Assembly (NCBI GenBank): GCA_027486585.1
Contig: JAIXOU010000119.1
Span: 17,061 to 81,060, forward strand
Length of the DNA: 64,000 nucleotides
Origin: Verrucomicrobiaceae bacterium
GTDB taxonomy: Bacteria > Verrucomicrobiota > Verrucomicrobiia > Verrucomicrobiales > Verrucomicrobiaceae
Reading direction: 5' to 3'
Shown in pieces: positions 26,856-38,000 of the stretch (position 1 is its first letter; each line of letters starts with the position of its first letter). The notes beneath the pieces are model-generated. The model saw only the letters and a list, made by a program, of their open reading frames with translations. It searched no databases and was not told the DNA's origin. Position numbers and translations under genes: made by a program.

Positions 26856-26949
26856 AACGAACTAGGGGGTTATCGTTCGCAGCTATAGGTGCTGCTAATT
26901 TTGCCTCCGTCGCATCTCTTATGGCGACATTTTTGGCAGTGAGTTTTTC

Positions 26950-26982
26950 GTCACACATGCGGCCTATGACTGGCACACATGA
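26950..26982. repeat. Imperfect direct repeat, 11-bp period (GTCACACATG / GGCACACATG 22 bp apart)
   Basis: gtcacacatgc-ggcctatgact-ggcacacatga, 95-127 bp upstream of the PATR gene; next to a 10-bp hairpin at 26991-27017. Confidence 0.4.
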
Positions 26983-27363
26983 TGTTAGGTGTGGGGTTTG
27001 CTGAGCTCAAACCGCACGTGAAAGTTGAGATAAAGATGGCTCAAAACATGTTCGACTTCATAACCCGTCACCGCGCCAGTCGCCCATTAACGGCAGCAAA
27101 CATTTGTGGGTAATCATCATTACATTGAATGTTGAAGGTTGGAATGAGGGGCTGTCCGCTCGAACTATGATCTAAGTTTTGACGACACGAAGCCCTATGT
27201 GAGGAAGGTTTCACATGGCTGAAACGTCACTCATTTGGATGTAACGCCAGCACTCCAGCTGAATCCATGCAGTCGTGTTAGAACTACCTCACAGAGGGTT
27301 GAACCATAGAACGTCTCAATCGCGCGTACTCATTTAAACAGACACGTATTCAGTAGCGCCTGG

Positions 27364-28344
27364 TTACTTTGGCTTTGCCCATTGCGGGCGTTCTTCGATC
27401 ACATAATCGGTAACCAAGTATTCCGTACCATTCCGCAGGATCATGAGTTTCACGGGATGGCCGACGCCATACATGTAGAGCCACTTTTGGAAGTCGCCGA
27501 CGCTGAGGATGCGGTTGTAGGAGAACTGTACCAGGATGTCACCAGCTTGGATGCCGAGTTTCTCTGCTGGGCTGTTTTCCCAAACATCTTCAATGGCCAC
27601 GCCGCCGTGGTGTTTTTTTGCTGTTGGGAAAAGTTGCTGCTCTTGTTCATTCAGAGGTCGAACGGAGAAGCCTGTCCACGGTGATTTAAGGCTGCGCTTG
27701 GTTTTGAGGCTCTCATAAATGTTAAAGCACAGATTGATCGGCAGGAGATGCGTCTCGCTTGTGTCCTCGGCATGGCCTTGTTCCACTTCAGGCTTGTAGC
27801 CTGTAAATAGCGCTGCCACCTCGCCAGTGTCAGCATAAAAGACGGGTCCGCCGAGTGATGCAGCAGGGATCGTGATCTTCGCCCGAAACATGGTGGAGCC
27901 GAGGCTATGCTGATAACAGAGCTTCGTATTAAATGCAGTCACCTGACCGTCGATTGATTTTAAAGAACTACCTTCAAACAAAACAGCCTGCAATAACATG
28001 CCTGGAGCGATGTCACGCTTCACGGCACAAGTGACCGGTGTGAAGGTTTCCTCGGTTTCGAGTTTTAGGATGCCCATGTTGATCGTCGGTTCGACGCCGA
28101 TGATTTCTGCGTCATAACTCTTCATTCCAGACGTGACCTCAAATTTTTCTAAAAGCAGCCCATCTGGCTGCGAAATGAGATTGTCATAGTGCGTAAGCAC
28201 AAAGCCTTCCTTCTCGACGATAAACCCAAGGCAGCGATTGACCACCTGACCATTCTTTAAACCTGCGATGCTGACGACTCCGCGATTAGGCGTTTGAGCG
28301 ATCAACGATGCGGTCGTGAGCAATAAACAGATAACAAATTTCAT
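27364..28344 (-). CDS. HtrA/DegP-like trypsin-fold + PDZ protein lacking the catalytic triad
   Basis: Ungapped match to HtrA motifs, but His->Asp (VLTHYDNL), Asp->Asn (PTINMGILKL), Ser->Leu (PAASLGGPVF); PDZ (NSPAEKLGIQAGDIL). ATG 28344 gives a signal peptide and an ATGA overlap. Confidence 0.82.
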   Translation of the reverse strand: MKFVICLLLTTASLIAQTPNRGVVSIAGLKNGQVVNRCLGFIVEKEGFVLTHYDNLISQPDGLLLEKFEVTSGMKSYDAEIIGVEPTINMGILKLETEETFTPVTCAVKRDIAPGMLLQAVLFEGSSLKSIDGQVTAFNTKLCYQHSLGSTMFRAKITIPAASLGGPVFYADTGEVAALFTGYKPEVEQGHAEDTSETHLLPINLCFNIYESLKTKRSLKSPWTGFSVRPLNEQEQQLFPTAKKHHGGVAIEDVWENSPAEKLGIQAGDILVQFSYNRILSVGDFQKWLYMYGVGHPVKLMILRNGTEYLVTDYVIEERPQWAKPK

Positions 28345-28832
28345 GGTTGGAATGATTGGTTGAAGGGGTTCACCTCGGTGCCGCGCGTGATGCGGATGAA
28401 TGGATGTAGCGTGGCTGCATGGCAGGCATTGCAACTCTGGATGACTGTATCCAGTGCCGTGAGCATCTGTTGTTTGTCTTTGGTATTCACGGCCTCTTGC
28501 ATCGTCGCATACGTAGGTAGTCCCATGCGATCCATCAGCAGCGCCACGGGCTGGCCTTCATATTCAGGCACCTCGGTTTGGATCTTCTTCATCTGCTCCA
28601 GAGACTCATGCATGTAAAAGTTTGCCAGCTCTGCATTCCCCGCGTCTGCGGATAGGGCCATCTTATGCGTCAGTCTTTGTAGCTCTCCCATGAGTAAGGC
28701 TAACTCGGGCGGAGAGCTTTCTAGGCTTAAGGGCTCTAACTTCGCAGCCTCACCGCTGGAAGTTTTCAGGACGATAACCGCGAAGAGAGCCACACTGAGA
28801 AGTGCTAATGAAGTGGATGTGTGTGCTCGCAT
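28341..28832 (-). CDS. Exported mono-haem c-type cytochrome, cytochrome c'-like helical bundle
   Basis: Signal or TM segment, all-helical body, single C-terminal CNACH motif; ATG 28832 preferred over 28883. Confidence 0.7.
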   Translation of the reverse strand: MRAHTSTSLALLSVALFAVIVLKTSSGEAAKLEPLSLESSPPELALLMGELQRLTHKMALSADAGNAELANFYMHESLEQMKKIQTEVPEYEGQPVALLMDRMGLPTYATMQEAVNTKDKQQMLTALDTVIQSCNACHAATLHPFIRITRGTEVNPFNQSFQP

Positions 28833-29075
28833 AGAAAAGGCAAAGGTACTCTCTAAGTCACAAGCCTGATGCAATCTCAGCAACTCATTGAGAGTGACAA
28901 TTATGGTTCATCAATGGCCCAGTCGTTAGGATGGTCGTTACCCTGATTCTCAATGACGATAGGCTTTGTGTGACGGGCCTGAAACATAAAGCGAAGTTCA
29001 ACAAAAAGGTCACATTGAAATGAGAGCGCTCATGAAAAGAGCCTCCATAAATCGCCGCGATTCAAAACGACATTT

Positions 29076-32000
29076 ATGAAATTAAGATCCTTGCTCCTCA
29101 AATCCTTGGCGGTCTCAGCCGGTTGCTTGCTCAGCCAAGCATTGAATGTGCAAGCTGCGCCGTTCACTTCTGGTAATCTGGTTGTGCTGCGCGTGGGCGA
29201 CGGCGGCACAACGCTCGGCACCGCTGCATCTGCGGTAAGTCTGGCGGAATACACGACAGCCACCAGTCAAGGTTCACCCGTGCAGACAATTAGCGTGGAT
29301 TCCACTGCTGCGGGTCTTACCTTGACTGGGAACTCAGCCACTCAAGGGACTCTCAATCGCTCTACTGATGGCACTCTTCTAACCTTCGGTGGGTATCGCA
29401 AAGCTGCGGGTGGTACCAACCCACAAAGCGATACGACAGCGACCACCAACCGTGTCGTCGGTTACATCGGAGTTAGCGGAAGCACTCCAAACGTGGCCAC
29501 CGCCGTCACCGATGGCTTTAGCGCGGACTCCTTTCGTAGCGTGATTACGGTGAATGGCAGCTCCTTCTACCTTTCCGGCGCAGGAGCTAGCGCCTCGGGT
29601 GGCGTGCGCTATTTGGGGACCGTAGGGTCGGCTACGACCTCTGTGCCGATCAATAATGGTAACACAGGCAATCCAAACACCCGACAGATCCTCATCCTCG
29701 GAGGTAACATCTACCTTTCATCTGGTGCTGGGAATCCAGGGATTGGAGTTCACAAAGTCGGCGCTGGATTGCCCACATCGGGTCCCCAGACATACACTGG
29801 GAGCATCACGACTACAGCGCAGATCCAATCATTTTATTTCACCAATCTTGGCAGCGGTAATAACTGGGCTTCCAGTGGCTTCGACACGGTTTACACGGCA
29901 GATGGTGCGAACCTTTCTAAGTTCTCGTTTAATGGCACGTCCTGGGCACTGAACAACGCAGTGGCAGTCACAGGCATCGGTAACATCATCGGCACGACGA
30001 GTGGTAGCACAGTCACCTTGTATGGCACAGACACGACGGCATCCACTGGCAGGATTATTTCCCTGACTGATACTGCTGGGTTCAATGTCAATAATAACGG
30101 CTCTGCCACCACACTCGCTACGGCTGGCACCAACTACGCATTCCGTGGCATCTCCTTTGCTCCTGTCGCAGTCGTCACTCCGGTCATCACTGGTACCGCG
30201 ACAGCAGCGGCTTTCACCACGACCTATGGCACTGTATCTGAGGTGCAGACTTTCCCTGTCACGGGCAGCAATCTCAGCGCTAACATCACCGCTACGGCGC
30301 CTGCGGGTTTTGAGGTCTCCAGTGACGGCACGGCCTTCGCAAGTACTGCCAGTTTCGTTCCATCTAGCGGCAGCGTGACCGGCTCACTCTCAGTTCGCTT
30401 GAGTGCCAACGCCGCTGTGCTTGGCAACTTGAATTCACAGATCATCGCGCTCACAAGCGCAGGTGCCACAACGGTAAACGTCACCACAGCAGCCACTGGT
30501 AACATCGTCTCAGCGAAAGCACTGACCGTCACGGCAAACGATGTCAGCAAGAATCTTAACGTCACGCTCACCGGCGGCGCTGGTTCCACAGCTTTCACCA
30601 GCAGCGGGCTGGCAAACAGCGAAACGATTGGCACTGTGACGATCACTTATGGCGCTGGCGCAGCGGCGGCTGATCCAGCGGGCACTTACGCGACTTCGGT
30701 CGTCGCATCGCTAGCTACAGGTGGCAGCTTCACGTCCTCCAATTACGCCATTACTTACATGGCTGGAACGATCACCGTGAATCCAGCGGCCTCACTGACG
30801 ATCAGTGGTTTAACTGCAGACAACAAACCATATGACCGAACCATCAGCGCAACGTTGAGTGGCACGCCAACTTTAGTGGGAGTGCTTCCAGCTGATGTCG
30901 GTAATGTCACGCTGAGCGGTACGCCGGTCGCCACTTTTGCATCGGCTGGTTTCGGCAATGGCATCGCAGTTACCGTTACGGGCTACACACTGTCCGGTTC
31001 TGCAGCAGGAAGCTACGTGCTGTCTCAGCCCACGGGTCTGAGTGCAAACATCACGCAGCTTGCGCTCACAGTCTCAGGCGCAGCTGTGACGCCAAAGCCC
31101 TTTGATGGCAACACGAACGCCATCATCACTGGCACGCTAACAGGTGTCATCGCCCCCGATGTCGTGACCTTTAATGGCAGCGGTAACTTTGTATCATCCG
31201 CCATCGGAACCGGCATTGCGGTGACTTCAACGAGCACCATCGGAGGTGCTAATGCAGGTAACTATGTTCTCACTCAACTTACTGGTCTCACTGGCGATAT
31301 CACCGCGCCCACATTAACCTCAGTGGACCTTTCTAACTATGTCCGTGTGGGTCGCCATAACTTGCCGGAGTATCGGCGCACGGCGCTGCCGGCAGGCACG
31401 CCAGTGAGCAATCTGCTATGTGATGAAGCTTCTGGGGTGGCCTACAATTGGGATACCGACACGCTCTTCATCTGCGGTGACGGTGGCCGTGCCATCACGC
31501 AAGTGACCAAGTCAGGCCAATTGGTGGACACGATGACACTGGAACTCAACGCAGCTAAACCACAGGGCACCGAGTTTTACGATCCAGAGGGCATCACCTA
31601 CATAGGCGGTGGTCAGTTTGTTTTCAGTGAGGAGCGTGAACGTCAGTTGGTGAAGTTCACCTATATGGGCGGCACTACACTGACTCGTGCAGCAGCACAG
31701 ACCGTGGATCTCGGCACCTTTGATGACAACACTGGGACTGAAGGCATGTCTTGGGACCCGCAAACTAATGGATTCATCGTGTTGAAGGAAAAGACACCGA
31801 TTGGTGTTTTCCAGACGAGCATTGATTGGAATGCAGGAACAGCGACCAATGGCTCGCCTACGACGGTGAACTCGACCAACCTCTTTGATACCACGCTGCT
31901 CGGCATGACGGATGTAGCGGATGTCTTTGCGCTCTCCAATTTGCCTTCCATGACGGGCCAAGCACAGGCTGGAAACCTGCTCATCCTGGGCCAAGAGAAT

Positions 32001-35000
32001 GCGCGTGTCGTGAATGTTGACCGTGCAGGAAACATCGTCAGCACACTCAACATCACTTCGGACGTGGGGAATCCTTTGAGTGCCGCTGACCAGCAGCCTG
32101 AAGGCATCACGATGGACCGCGCGGGCAACATCTATGTCGTCAATGAAAACGGCGGCGGCAGTATCGAGTTCCCACAACTTTGGGTCTATGCGCCTTCCAC
32201 AGTGCCGAATGCAGCTCCGACAGCCGTGGTGCTGAACAACGCAGTCAATTCTCTCCAGGAAAACACCAGTACGGCCTCACCGATCAAGGTGGGCGACATC
32301 GTCGTGACCGATGACGGACTTGGCACCAACGCGCTGAGCCTCACTGGAGCCGATGCGGCCTCCTTCCAGATCACTGGTAGTGCCCTGTATCTCAAATCGG
32401 GTGCCGTGCTCGATTTCGAGACGAAGACCAGCTACGCCGTCACCATCAATGCGGACGATACAACCGTTGGCTCTACGCCAGACGTCACGGTCAACTATAC
32501 GCTAAGCGTGACAGATCAGGTCGTCGAAACACCTGCGCCTCCTGCCCTCATCGTTACCGAAGTGGCTCCCTGGGCCAGCAGTAACGGCATAGTCGGCGGT
32601 GATTGGTTTGAAGTCACCAACGTCAGTGCCAACGCCGTGGACATCACCGGTTGGAAGATTGACGACAGTTCGAACGCTTTCGCAACCTCGCTCGCACTCA
32701 CTGGCATCACCAGCATCGCTGCGGGTGAGTCTGTGATCTTCCTCGAAAGCACCGTGGCCAATCAAGCCACCATCGTGGACACTTTCAAAACGGTGTGGTT
32801 CGGCGGCAGTCCTCCTGTGGGTCTGCAAGTCGGCACTTATCAAGGCTCCGGAGCCGGCCTCAGCACCGGTGGTGATGCGGTAAACCTCTTCACCGCTGGT
32901 GGCACACGTCACTCTGGCGTCAGCTTCGGTGCAGCCGATGTCGCGACGCCTTTCCAGACCTTCGACAACACCGCTGCGGCAAACGACACGGCCATCGCCT
33001 TGTTAAGCACAGTGGGAGTGAACGGAGCCTTCGCCGCTGCCACCAGCTCGGTTGAAATCGGCTCACCCGGCATCTCAAATCCTGGCGTGCTCCGCGTCAC
33101 GGAAGTCGCTCCCTGGAGCAGCGGCAACAGCCCTGTGGTCGCCGATTGGTTTGAAGTCACCAACACAGGCGCACGTGCCGTGGACATCACGGGTTGGAAA
33201 GTGGACGATAGCTCGGAGTCTCCTGCTGCTGCGCTCGCACTCGTTGGTATCACCAGCATCGCTCCGGGTGAATCCGTGATCTTCCTCGAGTCCGCCACAC
33301 CTGTGACCACCAAGGCCGCGTTCCTCTCGAACTGGTTCGGCGCAAGTCCTCCAGCCTCTCTGCAAGTCGGCAGCTACACTGGCGGCGGCATCGGCCTCAG
33401 CACGGGTGGTGACGCGGTTAATCTCTACGACACCAACAACGTGCGCCAAGCAAACGTGTCTTTCGGACTTTCACCTTCCACAGCTCCCTTCACGACCTTT
33501 GATAACGCGGCGGCAGCCAACGTCGCCGCTCTCACCCAGTTCAGCGTCGTCGGAGTCAATGGAGCCTTTGTTGCCGTCAATAGTGCGACTGAAGTCGGTT
33601 CACCTGGTGGACTCGCGTCGGCACCGATTGGAGCCTCGGTTGTGAGTATTGCCGCTGCCTCAGTCAATGAGGGTAATAGCGGCACGATTATCCTGAATCT
33701 ACCAGTGACGAGGACGAACACCTCCTCTGTTTTTACCGTGAACTATGCGGTCACTGGTGGCACCGCTACGGCTGGCACGGACTATACGCTGGCTGCTGGC
33801 ACGCTCAGCTTCACCTTCAATGGTGCTGCCACACAAGATATCGCCGTCACGGTGAATGGTGATACCACTATCGAGAGCAATGAAGTCGTCACCGTCACGC
33901 TGTCTGGAATCGTTAATGCCAATGGCACGACCACCCTCGGCACCGCTGCGGCGAATGGCACTGTCACCAATGACGACACCGTGCCGAACTCATTCCCGAG
34001 CAACGGCAGGATCACTTCTACGGTGAAAGGCTCCATCGATCTGGATGCCGCTCCTCTCGCTAGCACCAATGGTGCGGAAATCCCAGCCTTTGACCCGCTT
34101 TCTAAACGCGCTTTCACTTCATCCAACTCCGGCATCCAGGTGATCAATCTCACCAATCCAGCCGCCCCAGCTTTCATCAATACCATCGCTCCTGCCTCGC
34201 TCGGAGTCGCGGGGCTCACCAGCAATGATGTTTCCTCCGTGACGGTCAGAAAAGGCACCGGCGGAAATCCAAGCGTTCTCGCCGCTGCGATCATTTCCTC
34301 GCCTAAGTCCGCGCTTGGTTTTGTGATCTTTATCAATCCTGCCACTGGTGCCTTGATCGGTTCCAGTCAGGTCGGCGCGAATCCAGACCATATCGCTTTC
34401 AGCCCAGATGGCACGAAACTGCTCGTCGCTAATGAAGGTGAGCTGGATGCCGTAAACGCTGCACCCACCGTGATCGCAAGCGATACAACGATCGGCTCTG
34501 TGAGCATCATCAGTGTGCCGGTCGTCATCACCGGTGTGCCGACTTCGCTGCCTACCGCCACTGCAGATTTCACCGGCTATGATAGCCAATCAGCAGCCCT
34601 CAGCGCAGTAGGTGTCCGCATTTTCCAAGGCGGCAAGCCCTCCACTGATTTCGAGCCTGAATACTTTGCCATCAGCGCAGATAGCACCAAGGCGCTCGTT
34701 ACCCTTCAGGAGGCAAACGCTGTCGCCACTCTTGATCTCGCCACTGCCACTTTCACTTCCGTGGTGCCGCTTGGAAAAAAGAACTTCGCCACTGGCCGCC
34801 ACGATTTTAGCGATCGCGATGGTCTTACTGCCGCAGGCGCTGCTACCACGCTGGTGAATCCAACCACTGGCAGTCCTGTCTTTGGCCTCTATATGCCAGA
34901 TGCTGTAGCCTCCTACTCCGCCGCTGGACAGACCTACTACATCACCGCCAATGAGGGTGATGATCGCAACGATTTCTTTAATCCCGATGAAACCACCACT

Positions 35001-38000
35001 GTGGGTGCCGCTACTGGTTATACTCTCGATCCCACCGTATTTCCAAATGCCGCCGCGCTGAAAAACCAAGCCAGCCTTGGCCGCCTTACCGTTTGTAATT
35101 CCCCCGGCCTGCGCGGCGATACCGATGGTGATGGCGACATCGACGAGATCCTCAGCTACGGCGGTCGTTCCTTCTCCATCCTTGACTCCACTGGAGCCAT
35201 CATCTGGGATAGCGGTGACATGATCGAAAACATCATCGCTTCGCAGTTCCCAGCGAATTTTGATGACGGCCGCAGCGACAATAAAGGCCCCGAACCAGAA
35301 GGTGTCACCGTCGCCACCCTCGGCAGCCGCACCTACGCCTTCATCGGCCTGGAGCGCTCGCACATGACTCTCATGTTCGACGTCACCAATCCCGCCGCCG
35401 TCACCTTTGCCGGTGGACTGGTCCGCAGCGGCGATCTCAACCCCGAAGGCCTCGTGGTGGTTTCCGCCGCCGATAGTCCGACTGGCAAACCGCTCGTTCT
35501 CCAAGCCAGCGAAGTTTCCCAAACTCTCACCGTTTTTGAACTGAATCAAACCACCGACTACACCCTCCAAGTCCTCCACTACTACGGTGAGAGCGGCCTG
35601 CTCGGTATCCAGACCGCGCCGATCATGGGCGCGATGATCGACAGGTTCGATGACCAGTATGCGAACACGGTCGTCATCGGTGAGGGCGATAGCTTCATCC
35701 CTGGCCCTTGGCTGGTTGCTGGCGCTGATCCGGCCTTCAATGCGCTGCTCCACACCACAGCTCAAGTCTATTCCGGCAACAACGGTGCACTCGGCGTGGC
35801 AGGCACTTTCAATGCCACCGCGACAGCGACGACCGCTGTGCCCTTTGCCCGCGCTGACATCGCAATCATGAATGCCTTTGGCACTACTGTCTCGGCTCTC
35901 GGTAACCATGAGTTTGACCTTGGTTCACCCGTGCTAGCCAGTGCCATTTATCCTGCAACAACAACAGGCAGTAGCGCTGTGGGCAACTGGGTCGGTGCCA
36001 AGTTCCCGCACATCACAGCTAACCTCGACTTCTCCGCAGATAGCAGCCTGCGTGGTCGGGCTGACCTCAGTCTTGGCGGCGTAGCTGGCACGGCAAACAA
36101 TGCACCCAATGTGAATGCCATCACGGCAGGCACCATCGCCAATCTTGAGGTCACTAGTGTGAACATGCAGGCCAAGATCGCCCCCTATGCCATCAAGACG
36201 ATCAATGGCCAGCGCATCGGTTTTGTTGGAGCCACGACCTTTGACCTACTCTCGAAGTCTTCACCTAATGGCACGGTGCCAAAGGATGATGCCAATGCTT
36301 CCACCAGCGATCTTCAAGAAGTCGCCGCTTATCTGCAAGCTGCCGTCAATTCCCTGCAAGCACTCGGTGTGACCAAGATCATCCAAGTTGATCAGCTAGA
36401 TACCCTGCAACGCAACAAGGACCTCGCACCGCTCGTCTCCGGTATCGACATCGTCGTTGCTGGTGGTGGTCATGAACGCATGGGAGATGCCACGGATGTA
36501 CCTGTCGGATTCAATGGACACGATGCCGACTTCGTTGCTGATGCCTATCCAATCGTCACAGCTGGTGCCGATGGCCGCCCAGTGCTCATCGTCACCACCG
36601 ACACCGAGTACACATACCTCGGTCGCCTCGTCGCCGACTTTGATGCCGACGGCACCTTGATTGTGCCCAATCTGAATCCTGTGGTAAATGGAGCTTATGC
36701 TTCCACCGAAGCCAATCTTCAGGTTGCCTATGCTACCGCAAACAGCGCCGCTTCCATTATCGCCAGCAGCACTATTGGCAGTCAGGTCAAGACTATCATC
36801 GATGCGATCAACACAGTCGTCGTCACAAAAGACAGCAACGTCTATGGATATACCAACGTGTATCTTGAAGGTGATCGTGTTTTTGGTCGCACACAGGAAG
36901 TGAATCTCGGCAACATCACCGCTGATGCCAACGCCTGGAAGGGACGTAACGCGCTCGGCCTTGGCCTTGGGGATGCGGTATTCTCGCTGAAGAACGGCGG
37001 TGGCATCCGCGCCTCACTTGGCTCGGTGCTGGCGAATGGCACCAAGGTTGCACCGATCGCCAACCCGCTCACCGGCAAACTTGCAGGCGGCATTTCTCAG
37101 CTCGATGTCGAAAACGCGCTCCGTTTCGATAACAAGCTGATGGTCTTCGATGCTACCCCGCTCGGCCTCAAGAACATCCTCGAATTCGCTTCTGGCCTCA
37201 GTAGCGGGCCGACTGTCCAGAGTGGAGGTTACGCCCAAGTGGGTAACATCCGTTTCTCCTACAATTCTGCGCTGACTTCCGGCTCCAGACTGCGCTCCGC
37301 CGCCCTCGTCAATGAAGCCGGACAGATCGTCGCAAAAATCGTCGAGAATGGCGTAGTGCTTCCCACCGCTCCGGCCACTATCAAGTGCGTCGCACTCAGC
37401 TTCACTGCCAATGGCGGCGACAATTACCCGATCAAGTATCTCAACCCGCCGACCAATACGACTGTGAACAGCGAGACTTCGAACTTCCGCTTGTTGCTCA
37501 CCAATGGCGGTCTATCCGATCCGGTCGCTAGAAACTTAGACTTCACTGCCGCCAGTACCTACACCAGTCTTGGCATCACGGCGGCAGATGTGCTCGGTGA
37601 ACAAAAAGCCTTCCAGGACTTCCTCGCCGCACGTCATCCGAACCTTGCGACTGCTTACAATATCGTTGACACAACAGTGGCCCAGGACACGCGCATCCAG
37701 CAACTCGCCTTCCGCAGTGACACAGTCCTCAGCGGCCCGGCTACCTTTGCCTCATGGCTTGCGGCCAATGGTTTCTCTGGAAATGCTAGTGGTGACAGCG
37801 ACAATGATGGGGTGCCAGACTCACTGGAATACTTCTTCAATGCCAATCCAAACAGTAGTGCAGACCGTGACAACCTGCCTGCGCTCGTGACGAACGGCAG
37901 TGATTTGGAGTTCCGTTTTACTTACCTAAATACGACCACCTTGACCGGATTCCTCCAGTGCTCAGCCGATCTCACCAATTGGGTGAACGCGACACCTGGG

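Noticed and set aside
27036-27113. 25-aa ORF MAQNMFDFITRHRASRPLTAANICG
   Set aside because: No motif, hydrophobic segment or operon context; a length expected by chance.
27198-27215. CRP/FNR-like site TGTGA...TCACA
   Set aside because: Spacer is 8 bp, not the required 6; kept only as part of the intergenic observation.
34590-35909. 439-aa minus-strand ORF inside the giant gene
   Set aside because: Antisense shadow of a well-supported CDS, with no recognisable motifs. Long shadow frames are expected with biased codon usage.
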